A DNA stretch of 62,617 nucleotides, filler included, from Basidiobolus ranarum (GCA_040143965.1; 13 parts of 13 records of this genome joined end to end with filler, not necessarily neighbours in it); one strand, 5' to 3'; positions 38,756 to 52,433 are shown, counted from the whole stretch's first letter. Made by a program: numbers and translations. Notes: a model not told the origin generated them from the letters alone.

Positions 38756-39408
38756 CCAAAGCTACAGTAGGCTGTTTGTAGCTCTACAAGGACACAACTC
38801 CTTGTCAAATATTAAGCATATATCCAGTTTTGGAGTTTCTTATATTCTAGTCTCCAGCCTGGTCAGAATCACCGTTCCTCCAAAGTGAGTATTCTTGAGC
38901 TGAAAGCCAATAAATACTCAAATTTACATGGTTAGTTCACCAAGTTTTGACCTTGGTAGCTTGTATTTCAAAATGCTGTTGAACCTCCATGCAATTTGCC
39001 ATGACAAGTAGCATAGTTATACATCTCTAAATAGCTTCCGGCTCACAAAGATTGCTTAATACCAGGAGCACATAAACTGCATGCAAGGCAATGACTAAAT
39101 TATAGTTTTTGGTGAACAAGTGCAGCTGTATTAATCGGTTTTACTACATAAGGAATTCTATCTATCAACCAATGAGTAAATCATCACATTACAGCCGCTT
39201 TATACTGGCTTCAATTAATATAACAATTTCTTTCAAAATGGCAAATTGATTTTGATTGCTTCTCATATCCAAGAAATTAGAGAACTTCAATCTCTTGTTT
39301 CTAGTCACAGTGAAGAAATACTGTCCTTACTTATAATTAACAGGTCACTTGTTTTTCTTGAGCTTCTAAAGCTAATAGAAATCTTACATAGTTTACCTAG
39401 CATCAGGT

Positions 39409-42061
39409 TGATGAAATCAGGCAAATAGCAACTCATCTTTTAGTAGTTAGTTAAATCATGCTCTGACTATTTGGCACTGAACTCAGACATTCAAAAATGT
39501 GTTTATTGCTCAAATTGATAAACATATCAAATAGATTGCTTTTACAATTTCTCACTATTTTCTCAAAATTTATCAAGTCCCCTTTTTTTTTCTTTAGGCA
39601 TTACAGGTATGATTGTTTTGATCATAAATTTTTTGGCAAACCTATTTTGTAGTAAATTATAAATAGAACATATTCCTTTCATTAAATCTTAAGTGTCTAA
39701 TTCACAAATCAAAATCTTGTCTAAACACTTCCAAATCCCTTGAGCACTTTTATCAGGATAGGAGCCCCAAGCTGGCTATTGTAGGAATGTCTACCAATAC
39801 TCTTCCTAAAGTTCTTGCATCAACAAAGAAGCTTGTTGGTGAGGATATGACCTTTGCAAGTTCAAGCTGCACATGATGCTAGAAGACAAAGACCATTTGG
39901 GATTTGTTACAGGAAAAGAAATAGAGCCAATCAGACCACCAGAAGCTATCCCTGCCTTTGGCAAGAAGTAAAGGAAAGCACTCTCCATACTTAGTCTTGA
40001 TCTTTGATGCTCTCAATTGCACTATATAAACTCAGCCAATAACAACCAAAATGTTTGGAAAACACTTGAGAGACTATATAAGACTAAATGTTTGGCTTAT
40101 AGGCCATATCTTAAGCATATATTATTCTCAGTTCAGATGAATTCTGATGATTTTGAGCTCAATCATATGATGGAAATAAAGACTTTGGCAGATCAGCCCT
40201 CATCCATGTTCAAATTAGATAAATAGCAACTCATTATTTAGTAATATATTTATTCATATTTTAGTGTTTAGCACTCAATTCTGGCATTAAAAACATGTGT
40301 TTTAAGATCTAATGGGGAGAAATATCAATTGGATCACTTTGACCAATTTTTGGAACTTTCTCAGAACTTATCCATATCATCTCAAATTGTCACCCATGCT
40401 TTACAGGCATAGTTTTTATGATCCAAGCATGTCCAATAGCTCCATTTTATAGTAAACTATAAGAAGGCTATATTCAATTCATTAAACCTCAAGTGTCTAT
40501 TTCACAAATCAAGATCTTGTCCAATGCACTTCCAAATCCCCTGAACACTTTGAACAACCCATTGGAACACCTTTAATTGAAGATGACTCAAGCATGACAC
40601 TATTTGGGAGCCCGCCAGACAAGTTTGGCAATGTCATGATCACCTTAGCATCAGGAGCAGATCCATTAACAATGCAATATGTTGGGGCCAGGCTGTTGCA
40701 TGAGGAATTGTAATGATCTCACCCTTGGCAAAATAAAGCAAATCAAGCATTTTTTGGAGCTGTAAAATGGCCAACATACTTCAATAATGATACTCTAACA
40801 GGATAACTATTGTCTGTTAGTATTGCAGAAATCAGGCTGTTTAATCAAAGATTGAAGAAAATGGATTTTTGCAAAATAGTTGATACTGTGAAATAAAGTA
40901 AGGACTTATAGTGCTCTTCCAATTGTGTCTGACTTATCAGGAACCACTAAGTCAGACTCAGAAGCCTGAAACATTGATTCAGGTGCTTCTCCACATACGG
41001 CAAACAACAGAGAGCAGTTTTCTTGCTCATGTCAATCCAAAAAAGCAAGTTAAGTTAGGAGATGACTGTGTGCTAGATGCAGTTGGTAAAGGCACAATTG
41101 AGCTCAATTTAGACCAAAATTCAACCACCATGTGTGCCAAACTGGATGATATCCTCTGTGTATCAGCTATAGCCTATAATAAAGTGTAGGTAAGCTGAGC
41201 AACAGCTCAAGGACTATATTTGGGGCTCTGCAAGTCTGGATGCACCATAACAGATCCAAATAATACCACATTTTCTACCGGGATCAGAACCCAAAACTTG
41301 TGTAAGCTAAAAATCAACAAATTACATTCTGAGTATGCAAACCTGGCCAAAACCTGTGCAATAATAATCTGTCAAACATGGCATAGAAGATTAGACCACA
41401 TAGGGGCACAAAAACCAACCAACATGATATGAATTTAGGTTGTCTTGGGTGCAGAAATTGGATATAATGCCAAATTGGAGCTGTGTGAAGGTTTAATTTA
41501 TGAAAAACAGTGCAGAGAGCTATTTTTAAGCTCCAGAGTTGGTTTTTCCACTCAGAATGTTGCCCTGTTTCAATCTGACTCATGGCAGCCTGTGAACAAA
41601 TCTCATTAGGTGGCAAATAACACAATATGACCAAGATTGATGACAAACAAGATATGCTTAAATATTCTGACTCAAATCAACATTTGAAGCCTTAACTTAG
41701 TGCTTAAGCACTATAAATTAACAGTAGAGAAAGAATCAGCACAAAAACAGAGGTTAAAAGGGTGTGAAAACAATGAAGAATACTGCTCTAAAGACTATGC
41801 TAGCTATTGTTCAGAACTTGAAATTATGCAACAGCTACTGTACCTTTCACTACACCACAAAATGAAGTTGCAGAATGTGCCAATACCACCTTAGTGGAGA
41901 TGGCAAGGGCAATTTGCATGTTGAAAGCAGTAGTAACAAAATTGGACTGAATCTGTCTCCACTGCATTCTATATCAATGACAGACACCCAACCAGCTTAC
42001 TAAAGGATTTTATTCCATTTGCAAAGCTACATGAGTCATTATCAATAGTGAACTATCTCAG
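39409..42061 (+). mobile_element. Degenerate copia element, family A: 5' LTR 39409-39755, PBS 39756-39768, gag, protease, pre-integrase and integrase relics
   Basis: LTR TG...TATCA followed by GGATAGGAGCCCC; FKLHMMLEDKDHLGFVTG, DSGASPH, WHRRLDHIG and ENNEEYCS. Confidence 0.9.
40207..40556 (+). mobile_element. Family A solo LTR inserted in the gag of a family A element; target-site duplication ATCCA/ACCCA
   Basis: TGTTCAAA...TTTGAACA inverted ends; gag frame KTLADQPSS continues as IGTPLIEDD after it. Confidence 0.88.
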
Positions 42062-43372
42062 TTGATAAAATTGTGTTTGGGATTTGTAAGAGTTTTGCAC
42101 AAGATTTGGATTTGTGAATTAGTCACTAGAAATTTATTCAATAAAATATATCATATTTACAGCTGACCATCAAATAGGACTACTGGATGTGCTTAGAACA
42201 TTACTAGCATGCTTGTAAAGCATGAATAAAAGTTTGATGGGATTTGGAGAAGTTTTAAAACAATACTGAAAGTTAGTAAAAGTGCAATAAATGCTATTTC
42301 TATCAATTAGAGCAATAACCACATGTGTTTGAGATGTAGACAAAGCATCATGAGTGCTTTCCTCTGCTTCTTGTGAAACAGCAGGATAGCTTCTAGTGGT
42401 CTCTTTGGCTATATTTCTTCTCTTGTAACAAATCCCCAAAGGTTCTTGTCTTCTAGCATCATTTGTATCCTGACAGATAAATGTTGCTAATAGTACTGGT
42501 AGGCATTCTGTTAGCAGCTAACTGAGGGCTCATAATCTGGTAGAAGTGCTTGGGGATTTGGAAGTGTTTCCAACAGGTTTTAGATTTGCAAATTCAACAC
42601 TCAAGTTTGTCTGAATTGAATTCATAATATTGCCAGCTTACTATCAAATAGGATGATTGGATGGGCTTAGATCATAACAAACATGCCTGTAAAGCATGGG
42701 TGAAAATTCAAGGTGATTTGGGGAGGTTTTGAAAAAATAGTGAAAATTGGTACAAGTGATCATATTACTGCTTCTACCAATTAGAGCAATAAACACATGT
42801 TTTTTAATTGCAGACTTTAGTGCTAAATATTGTGAATATGAATAAGCTAACTACAAAATAATGCCTTGCTATTTATATAATTTCAGCATTCTCACCTAAC
42901 TAATTATTTTGTATATCTCTTACACTAACTTATTTCTTAATAACAAGTTTAAGCTTCAGCTAAAGGTTTGGTCAAGAGTTTGGTAATGATTTCTCAAGTA
43001 GGGCCATAGACAAGTTCAATTATATTATTCTCTATTGCTCCTCTAACCAAATGCAGCCTAAAATCTATATGTTATGTACAAGCATGAAATGTAGGGTTTT
43101 AAGCTAATGAAGTACAACTTGGATTATGTTCAAATATAGTAATGGCACATTTTGGCATGTCTCCTAAGTCTGTAAATAACTTCCTTAGCCACATAGATTA
43201 TCATGTAGTTGCAGGGGCAGCCTTACACTGTGCTTTTGCATTGGATAGTGATATGGTTGGTTGCTTCCTGCAATTCCAGGTCAATGACCTATTATCATAC
43301 AGAGAAGTGTACCAATTTGTTGCTCTATTGCCATTAAGGCTTCTTCCCCAGTCTGCATCTCTGCAGCCTTCA
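42062..43372 (-). mobile_element. Copia RNase H end, PPT, LTR (42538-42888), PBS and gag start, followed by a partial LTR at ~42062-42335
   Basis: Minus strand: WNCRKQPTISLSNAKAQCKAA, PPT GGTGAGAA, LTR TGCTGAAA...CTACCA, PBS GATTATGAGCCC, then IQMMLEDKNLWGFVT. Confidence 0.85.
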
Positions 43373-43474
43373 NNNNNNNNNNNNNNNNNNNNNNNNNNNN
43401 NNNNNNNNNNNNNNNNTTAATTAATTAANNNNNNNNNNNNNNNNNNNNNNNNNNNNNNNNNNNNNNNNNNNNCA

Positions 43475-43791
43475 TGTTGGAGGATCTTGACATAATGGGG
43501 GTAGACTTTGAGTATTAGAAGCAACTTATGATAGTGTGTTTTAGTTACTTTATTCTTAAGAGTATATGGTGACTTATATAGTAAAAAAGTAAATCAATTG
43601 TTTGAGATATTCAGGAGTTTGTGTAATAAGATATAATAGATAAGTGGGGGTAATAAGACATACTGGTTATATAAATATAGAGATATTCCTATTTAGAATA
43701 AAGGGGCTATAGATACGATGCTTTCTGTTTCTGATATATGTATCATAACTAAAGTTAACTATGATGTTGAATAAAGATTAATTATCCAACA
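43475..43791 (-). repeat. Complete LTR, family B (317 bp)
   Basis: Perfect TGTTGGA...TCCAACA termini; copies at 33624, 52722 and 57445. Confidence 0.88.
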
Positions 43792-43852
43792 GTTATATAT
43801 GACTATATAGGTGCTTAGGCAAAGCTAATTTCTGCTAAAGTATTTGTGAACC

Positions 43853-44460
43853 TGTTGGAAGGGGTTTGGAGAATTAGAGGAATTGGTGGTTTTCACTAAT
43901 TGATTTATTGAGAAGAAAGTTGACATTTATAGTTTTGTCAAGATATAAACAAAATAATGTGCAGAATATGTTAAGGAAGGTCCCAAAAACATGTGTGCAA
44001 AGTTTAAGGTTTCTAGCACAAGTTTGAAAAATCTATATATCTGAAAACTTCTAAGTTGGTAAAAATATTCTAAGTAAATTCCAATTGAGAATAATGGATA
44101 CTATCTTGATGCATTATAAGATACCTAAGTACTAAGCTATATATGACTATATAGGTGTATAGGCAATGCTAATTTTGACACACTCTCTCAACAAATTAGT
44201 CATATAAATCAATCCTAATAAAGGTCTGAATTTCTCAAATTTCTCTCTATCTAATGGTTTGGTTAATTCATCAGCAATCATATCTTCTGTAGAGCAATAG
44301 GTTAAGTCAATAAACTTATTCTCTATAGTCTCTTTAATGAAGTGATGCTTAATATCTATATATTTGCTTCTAATATGAAATGTGGGATTTTTAGCTAATT
44401 TGATACAACTTTGATTATCTTGAAACATTATAGTTATGATTCCTTACTGAAGCCCCATCA
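43853..44460 (-). mobile_element. Copia RNase H end, PPT (GAGAGAGTG) and 3' LTR family C (43853-44180)
   Basis: FQDNQSCIKLAKNPTFHIRSKYIDIKHHFIKE...MIADELTKPL; LTR with TG...CA ends. Confidence 0.92.
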
Positions 44461-46003
44461 ACTTCAAATTAGTGCAACTGCTCTTTCTCTGCCTAGTTCA
44501 AGCATATTGTATGAAGACATCTGCACATATCAATCTGAATAGTCATTGGTAACATCAATCAAGAAAGCCCCGGATACACTCAAAGGCCTCTCAAGCTTGA
44601 GCATGGACTGCCATTTCTATATCATCAATAAATTCTTGTTTTAAAAGAAGCATCCTTACATTCCAGACCACACTTCCAGACTCAAAATCATGCAGCAAAG
44701 ACATGACTCACTACTTGCAGGACACTTTGGTATTGCCAAATCATATATATTGGCATTCAGGGATTATTGGTGGCCCAAAATATATGCATTTGTCAAGACT
44801 TATGTTTGACCTGTAATACTTGTGCTCAAGTTAAGACTCCAAGACATCTGCCCTTTGGCCTCCTTCAGCCACTCCCAATTCCTGATCAGCAGTGGAAATC
44901 CATATCCCTGGATTTCATAACTGATCAACCCTGGTCTGCCAAATATGATTCAATTCAGGTAATTGTTGACTATCTCACAAAGATGGCCCACTTTGGGCCC
45001 TGTAACAAGTCATTGATGCAAAACAAACATCAAAATTTGTAACTCAAAATAGCTTCCACCTACATGGACTCCCTGAAACTATCATCTCTGACTTAGGACC
45101 TTAGTTTGCTTCCAAACTTTAGAAAAGTCTTCTCCAAACCTTATGTATTCCTGCCAATCTCTTCATTGCCTTCCATCCCCAATCTGATGGCCAAGCAGAA
45201 AGAGTCAATCAAGTTATGGAACAACATTTGTGATGCACTATCAACTAAAATCAGGATAATTAGACACAACTCTTGCCCCTTGCTGAATTTGCTTACAACA
45301 ACTCTTATCATAAATCAACAAAGCAAACTCCTTTCTTTGCAAATTATGGAATCCTTCCTTGTTTCCCAATTTGCCCACCATCCAGTCTACCTTGCCCTGC
45401 TGCCTCAGACCATGCCACTTTCCTTAAAGAGATCCATAAGCAATTAATATCCAAGTTGGAGAATGCTCAATCCTAATACAGGAACTTTGCTGATAAGGAA
45501 AGAAAGCCTAGCCCAGATTTCAAGCCAGGAGATGATGTATGACTACTCCAAAAAAACATCAAAACCACTAGACCTTGTGATAAACTTGATCATAAAAGAC
45601 TAGGGTCTTTTAAGTTCATTAATCAAATCAAAGCAGTAGCCTTCTGCCTTGAACTCCCAACCCATTTCAAAGTCCACAATATATTCCATATGTCTCTCCT
45701 AGAGCCACATACCAGAAACACCTTCCAGGGCCAATCCATTGCCTCACCCCAAGCAATCCAAGTTGAAGAACACCCTGAATATGAAATTAGCAAATTATAG
45801 ATTCCAGAAATTATTGACATAAATTGCAATATTTAGTGGACTGGAAGGGATACTCAACAAATGATCAATCATGGGAGCCAACAACAAATCTTTCCAATTC
45901 TAAAGAACATTTACAGGAGTTGCATGAAGCCTGCACAGAGAAACCTGGCCCTGTGCTGTCTGGAAGCCATTACTAATCCTGACAGATATTTGAGGATGGT
46001 GAT
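44461..46003 (+). mobile_element. Degenerate Ty3/gypsy chromovirus: integrase, chromodomain and PPT
   Basis: HDSLLAGHFG, CNTCAQVK..RHLPFGLLQPLPIP, ISLDFIT, FHPQSDGQAERVNQ, AEFAYNN, YLVDWKGY...SWEP; PPT-like TTTGAGGATGGTGAT. Confidence 0.93.
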
Positions 46004-46598
46004 TGTAGGAAATTCATCACAATTTTAATCCATTTGAGATGGACTGTTTACTTACCATCATAAAATTGTCAGTTAGATTTGATTTTAATCAGTTTTTGCA
46101 GTTTCAGGAGTGATATTGGAAGAACTCACAAGATAGTTGATCATGATTGGCTACATTCTCAGAGAGCTATGGATCAACACATGTGCAAAAAATGTAACTC
46201 AAATTTTACACATTTATCACTTGAATGCTAATTTGTCACTTTTGAAATTGGGAGTTTCTTTAATATAATCTCCTGAATATTTTTATAGAGTTTTTCATAC
46301 CCAAGGTTTAACTCATACCCAACACAAGTTTGTGTCAATATATCAATCAAAGCCCACCATTGAATTAACATTGCTGAATCAATGTTCTTCCAGCTATCTG
46401 GCTGATACCCTGCCATATTGTGCTATTGTGAATTAGGTTTTTCCAGATATCTGCACAGTCAACACCAGACAGAATGTCATGTTGAATGTTCTTCTTCTGA
46501 AGCCACTTTCTGCATACTTGCACCATGTTTTTCCCTTCATACTTCTGCAAATACTCCTCAAACACTTTGACTATTTTATACATCCTTGTAGTGTGACA
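46004..46598 (+). repeat. Probable gypsy 3' LTR, family D; right boundary inferred
   Basis: TGTAGGA directly after the PPT; TGTGACA at 46592-46598; homolog at 19350-19831. Confidence 0.6.
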
Positions 46599-48187
46599 AT
46601 ACTGAGGATCCTTTGCAGTGTTTGTGCAGCTTTTTGCTTGCCTCAAAGTTCGGGGCTAATTTCAACACTTTGAAAAGTACCAGTAGAGGCTGGAGAGCAG
46701 TTAGTTTTATTTGCTGGTGTTTTGGCTTGTTGAGAGGTGCCAGGGGATGGATAAATTCACAAATTTAGCACCCTTCCAACTGGTATACCTAGTTACAGGA
46801 TGAAATTAAGCTTTTTACCAGTACATCTGACTCTGAAAATGCAGATCTTTGTAATGGTGTGAAGAATCTGGTAAGTGGGACAGTAGAGCCTAAACTCACT
46901 GGCTCCTTTGCTTTTCCCTTAGGCTTACAGACTTCCTGCTCCTTGAGTACTTCTTTAGCTGCTTTTCTTGCCTATCCAAGTCAATAATTGAATACATTTT
47001 AAGTTGTTTCATGAATAGGCCTATACTAGCCCAATTGCTATTTACTTGCAAAGACCCAGGATAAGCCACATGAAATAAGTCAAGAACCTTTAGAGTAATA
47101 CCTGGTTACTGGTTTTTCCACAATTGGCTCAAATCCAGGTGATTTTGGGCAAGATTCTGCACAGTTTCCAGAATGTGAAACCACTCATCATCAGAGCAAG
47201 TGATGGCAGCTCTGACATTCAGAGTCTTTTAATTTGCTGGTTTTCCAATGTGATAGACACCTTCATGTGCCCAAGCAATTACAGGTTGTTGTGTTGGCTT
47301 AAAGGTCTGACACTTATTCAGTTCTGCTAGATTGTCTTGGTGATGTCCATAAGTATGTTGTAGGATTAATTGAAATCCCATATGAGAATGGACGGAGGGA
47401 GCAGCCTGTTGCTGTAGCACAAGTACAGCATTCAGAAGATCTTGTCTCATTGTTGAGTAACTCTCTAACTGTTGAATAGTTGCTTGAAAACCCTGCCTTT
47501 ATAGTAATATTGTGGCACTATTGCTTCTCATGGTCTGTATAGCAACTCCATAGTTTTTGTATATGATTGCTCACAAATCATTATGTTGTTGTGCTGCAAT
47601 TCCCTTGTTATAATGAATCTATCCAAATTTCCTGCATTTACAATAGCTGCACAAAGCCTGGTGAAAACCAACAGTAATATGTGTACAAAATCAACTTGAG
47701 TTTTGCCCACTGAGTCCACTTACTGTACTTTGCCTCAAAGTTTTGGTAACACTGCCAAAAGTCAAGATGCCATGGAGTTATCACAGTTATCCCTAACAAA
47801 AATAAAATCGATTTGATCCGGATTGGATCCACCCTCCGAAATAGCAAAACCATCAGAGAACTGTCACAATATTGCTGGCTTGCATTCTGCCAGGGATTTT
47901 GATGGTGTGATGGTGGTTTCTTGATGGTATCTTGATGGTATTCATACATATTAAAATATTGATCCTCAAATTTGGCATGCGTTATTCAATCACCAGCAAT
48001 TTTTGCAAAAATATAATTTTTGAATGGCAAATTACTGGGTTTACTGCTGTAGGAATTTGAATTAATATGCATGCCTTTATTTAGATATTTTAGGCTTTGT
48101 ATTCCAGCCATAATGAGAATCAAAAAATACAAGAATCTTGTTGTGTTTAGTCTCTACATATGCACATATTTGACTGATTAGACATAA
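46599..48187. mobile_element. Unclassified CpG-depleted TE relic, possibly gag-like on the minus strand
   Basis: Fragmented frames and the same CpG loss as neighbouring TEs; no firm motif. Confidence 0.35.
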
Positions 48188-48287
48188 NNNNNNNNNNNNN
48201 NNNNNNNNNNNNNNNNNNNNNNNNNNNNNNNTTAATTAATTAANNNNNNNNNNNNNNNNNNNNNNNNNNNNNNNNNNNNNNNNNNNN

Positions 48288-49302
48288 TATAGGGCGCCGG
48301 TGCCCGATTAGTGCGAACTCTTCCTGAGCTAATACGCAGCTGAACTTGCAAAAAACCGTAAGTTTGATTTGTCAGTTGGTTCAGGAGCTGATCAGGAGGA
48401 AACGACTTCAATTGATCGGCATGGTGGGAGACATATCCATAATCTGTAGCAAATTGATGTAACATTTTGCAGTTTTCAATAACTTTATCCAACCCCAAAG
48501 AATGAGGCGTTCTTTCTGGTGGTGAGCATCTACCAGATCGGCTGTTAACACGGCTCCAATAATCTGCAGGATGAGCCATGGTATACATATCTGGTCTTCT
48601 TCTAGAATCACGTTCAATTTGAGGACGATACCCGCGAAACTCATGAGCCATGCTATATCCATTCTCTGATGGACGATCATATCCGTTACTAGAATAGTAG
48701 GAAGATGGTAACTTAGAGTAGCCTTCGTGTGAAGGTCTTCTCCGAGGCATATCCCATTCTGAGTGGTCTGTTGGTATCCTTGGTCTATGTACTCTAGGCT
48801 CTACCTCAGAGTACAAATACCGACCATACATATTAACGTCCGAGCCCTCATCATAAGTAAAATGACGAGGAGCTGTAGGTGGGACTGGGGGATATTCTCT
48901 TTCATATGGACCAGGGTAGAATCTTGAAGGGCGGCTTTCTCCCATTCGAGAATTGGAAGTCTCATAGATTGGTTTGGAATCAGGATGTCTTATTGGATTC
49001 TGTTTGGGACTAACTGGCTTGCGGTTAGTGTCCTCGAAATAGCTTTCTGCTAAGTCTATCGGTTTAAAGGGTTCATTAGGAAATCGGTTATCTTCCACTC
49101 GAGGATGACCTGGATATATAGGATAATCAGAAGAAAAAGACTCGTGTGGCTTTGAATATAAATCACGGGGTGTTTCAGTATGTTGAGGTGTATTGAAGGA
49201 AGGGAAGCTGGCATCTTTATTGACTATTGAAGCCAAACCTAGATGAGATAACGTTGGAAGCTCTGTAGGTATTCCTACCGGGTAGGTTGTATGCTGTGAC
49301 AT
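48288..49302 (-). CDS. Pro/Ser/Tyr-rich protein, probable N-terminal part of an NsdD/Gat201-like GATA transcription factor; 3' truncated
   Basis: Long low-complexity ORF; LDKVIENCKMLHQFATDY...PPDQLLNQL resembles, from memory, the helical motif upstream of the zinc finger in that family; the zinc finger itself is not in the window. Confidence 0.6.
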
Positions 49303-52300
49303 GATAAGAAATTCTTAAAGAAAAAGAGCTTTAAGTAATATGCGTAGACGTCTAAATATATATAGCTTGTAGTAGTGACAATTGAAGTAAGACCCTAACA
49401 GAAGACCAAAAAGAATAATAGAAAACCACAGCAATATTAAAGGTCTGGTAGAAGAGCTACCAAGACTGAAAGGATAAGGTCAGAAACAAGAGTTTGCAAG
49501 ATATGAAATAGTATATATGCTCAAATATAAAATGAAGTAAATGAGAAAAAAACAGGCACCATTGATTATTTGTTGATTGCATCTGTAAACCTAGCGAATA
49601 GGTTGCTTGTATCAATGACAGATATCTTCCAATCAAGAAACTTTGCCACTTCATATTACTCGTTTTACTTGGATGAAATCTCACCGAGATCGCTAATCCG
49701 ATTAGCTCGGATTAATAAATGATCTAGATATTTTACTGCCACAATCAAGAATCCAAAAACCTAAGCATTTTTGAATCATTTGGATTATTAAGAGTTATTA
49801 CATTACAAATGTATAGGTTTTCTAAGTAATCATATGCTCAAAATCTGAGATCTGAGAAGAATTCATCGCGATGAAATCGACTGTAACTGGTTCTTAAATT
49901 ATCGTATTTCAGTATACTATCGCGATTCCTACTTTCGGAATGGTCAGTATTTATATCAATTTATATACTAGAACTTTCGCTTCGTTTTAAACCTTATTGC
50001 TTTAGTCGATTCATCAGATCTACGTTGCGTAACACACCATTCCAAGTAATATTAATTGTCAACGAATCTTCTACGATATCTAGAAATATCACCTGATAAA
50101 GGGTGTGAGGAAGATTGGTTGATCCGCACCATACTAGAAGTTTATCCGGTAATGCTCTATTATTATAGCCAATGAAAGTGTGGACAGAGCATTCACTGGA
50201 TAAATAGGAATGTGCGTATAATCATTTATTAGCTTATCTGGAATCAAATGTATGTTCCTGAATCGGCACAGAGGTTCTAGAGTTCCCAGATATATCTAGA
50301 TTTAACCAACCAAATCGTATACAATTTCGACCTCTGATTTTTTAGGGTTTGCTTACGATTATTTAATAACAAAATGTGAAGATATAAATGATTTATCTCG
50401 CTATTAATAACAAAACCAATAGTTCTATATTAATATCAGTTATGTTTGAACACCAATATGTGATTGCTGAATGCATTTTTCTAGAATCTTACTAGCACAA
50501 GGGCCTCGTTTTCCTTTCAGGATCATCATTGACGCGCTTGTTAATCAATCATAGACCCTATAGTAGAGATCCGGTCAAGTTTTTTCTAGAACTTTATAGA
50601 ATAAAGCAGAGCAATCTTGGCTTTCTTCTGGGGTTGTCGTTGACACACCGGGTCCCCGGAAGCAATCCGATTTAAATCTGAACAATATCACTGTGTCCAA
50701 TAAATATAAGCCCGATCCAAAATATCTTCAATCCAGTATGTGGAATGTGTGGGATCTTTACAGCTACTCAAGCTAACCTGTTTGATACTGGTGTGTTCAC
50801 CAGGTCAGATCACAATCTTGCACTCCAATTCTGAGCAGAAAGATCAAATCATCCTGCCTAATACAATTTCATCCGAGCTTGGCAGGTGGCAAGAAATCCC
50901 AGCATATACTAACCTATATGCTATATCCGCTCTCGATTAAGGAAGCCGGCTTACAAATGCTCGCATCAAATACTCACAGTGCATAAGTCCAATGAGGATC
51001 TACTAGCTACTGGGTACGAACCATCCGGAAATACTGGTAGTTTTTTATGACCTCACACACATTTGATCAGCCACATCGCTCCGCTCATAGAGAGGCGTGT
51101 GGTTTATACTTTGCAACGAGTGCTATCGACTCCTAAACCAGCTCATAGCAAGAGGTATCATGACACAGGTGTTAAAATGAGACCAAAACCTCACAGACAT
51201 TCCTTGACTTGGGCTTGGACAGGTGTGGTATGTCATATTGGTTGCAATTTGATTCACATTGATATCTGAGACGCCAAGAATTCTCATGTTGAAACAAAAT
51301 ATCAGTATGTGGACGTTACTTAGAGCTTGGAGCAGAAATGCGCTCTTTTGCCTGTAATTACTCTACTGATTGAAGTTTCAAGTGTATAAGGTACTAGTTT
51401 TGAATTGAGTGCATATTGGCTCAACAATGTTTTGCAATCATCAGAGTATGCGTGAGTCCTGGTTTGAGGCCGTATTTCGTTTTAGCTTGACATACATCAA
51501 ATCCATATATTCAAATAGACCAGTTCTGTTTCTATGCAGGCAGCGGTGGAATCCAGATTTGACCAAATCAATGTTTTTTGAAGAGATCTGACGGATTTTA
51601 ACTCTAGATGGTGGAGAACCTCGGGGGATGATGGAGTTCGATTGGTTTATGAGGCTTTGACGCTTCTTCCCAAGGATATACTTTTCGATAAGATGGTTAA
51701 TTCATTCTTGTTGCAAAATACAAAGAATAGACCAGATATTAATGCAAACTCGAAATGAATTTACCAAGCGTAATTATATTTGTTTTATCTCCGTTCATAC
51801 TGTCATATCTAGTAAATAGGATTTTAAGGCTACTTTGGGAGAAAGCTACTAACCATTTTGTCAATGTTTTCTGCATCTGAGTGGGTGTAGCTATATTCTT
51901 GTTTGGTTTGTTGATTCTGTCAAAGTGATTACCACGTATGTAATGCAATATTTTATCTTGAGCTCAACACTTGAATACTCTGATAGCATGCCTAACATTA
52001 CGTGTACTTAATACTTGACAAGTTAATATTTTAACAGTGATTTTAAATTTGTCTTGGGAGCATGGAGAAAAGGCAAATATTCAAACTAGTTCAATATTCC
52101 TCAAGCTCTTCTAGCACTCAAGAACTCTGTTCCTGTATTTATTTTTCGTAGTTTAAAGCCAACATAGAGGAATGGATTTTCAAAAAGGTTCGCATATTTC
52201 TTCATAAACACCCCGAGCACTTTATACCAAACAGCACATTCAACATTGTTATAGAGCGCTTTATAAGCAATATATATCTACTATAGTTGTTGTTTAAATG

Positions 52301-52433
52301 TGACACTGTTAAATGTCAAGCATGATGCTAATATTGCTAACTTGTCCAAATATCAAGACAGAATATTGAAATTTAGGATGATGTCAAATCAAGTAGACAC
52401 TAAAATACAAAATACAGGTAGCGCGGTGGTTAA

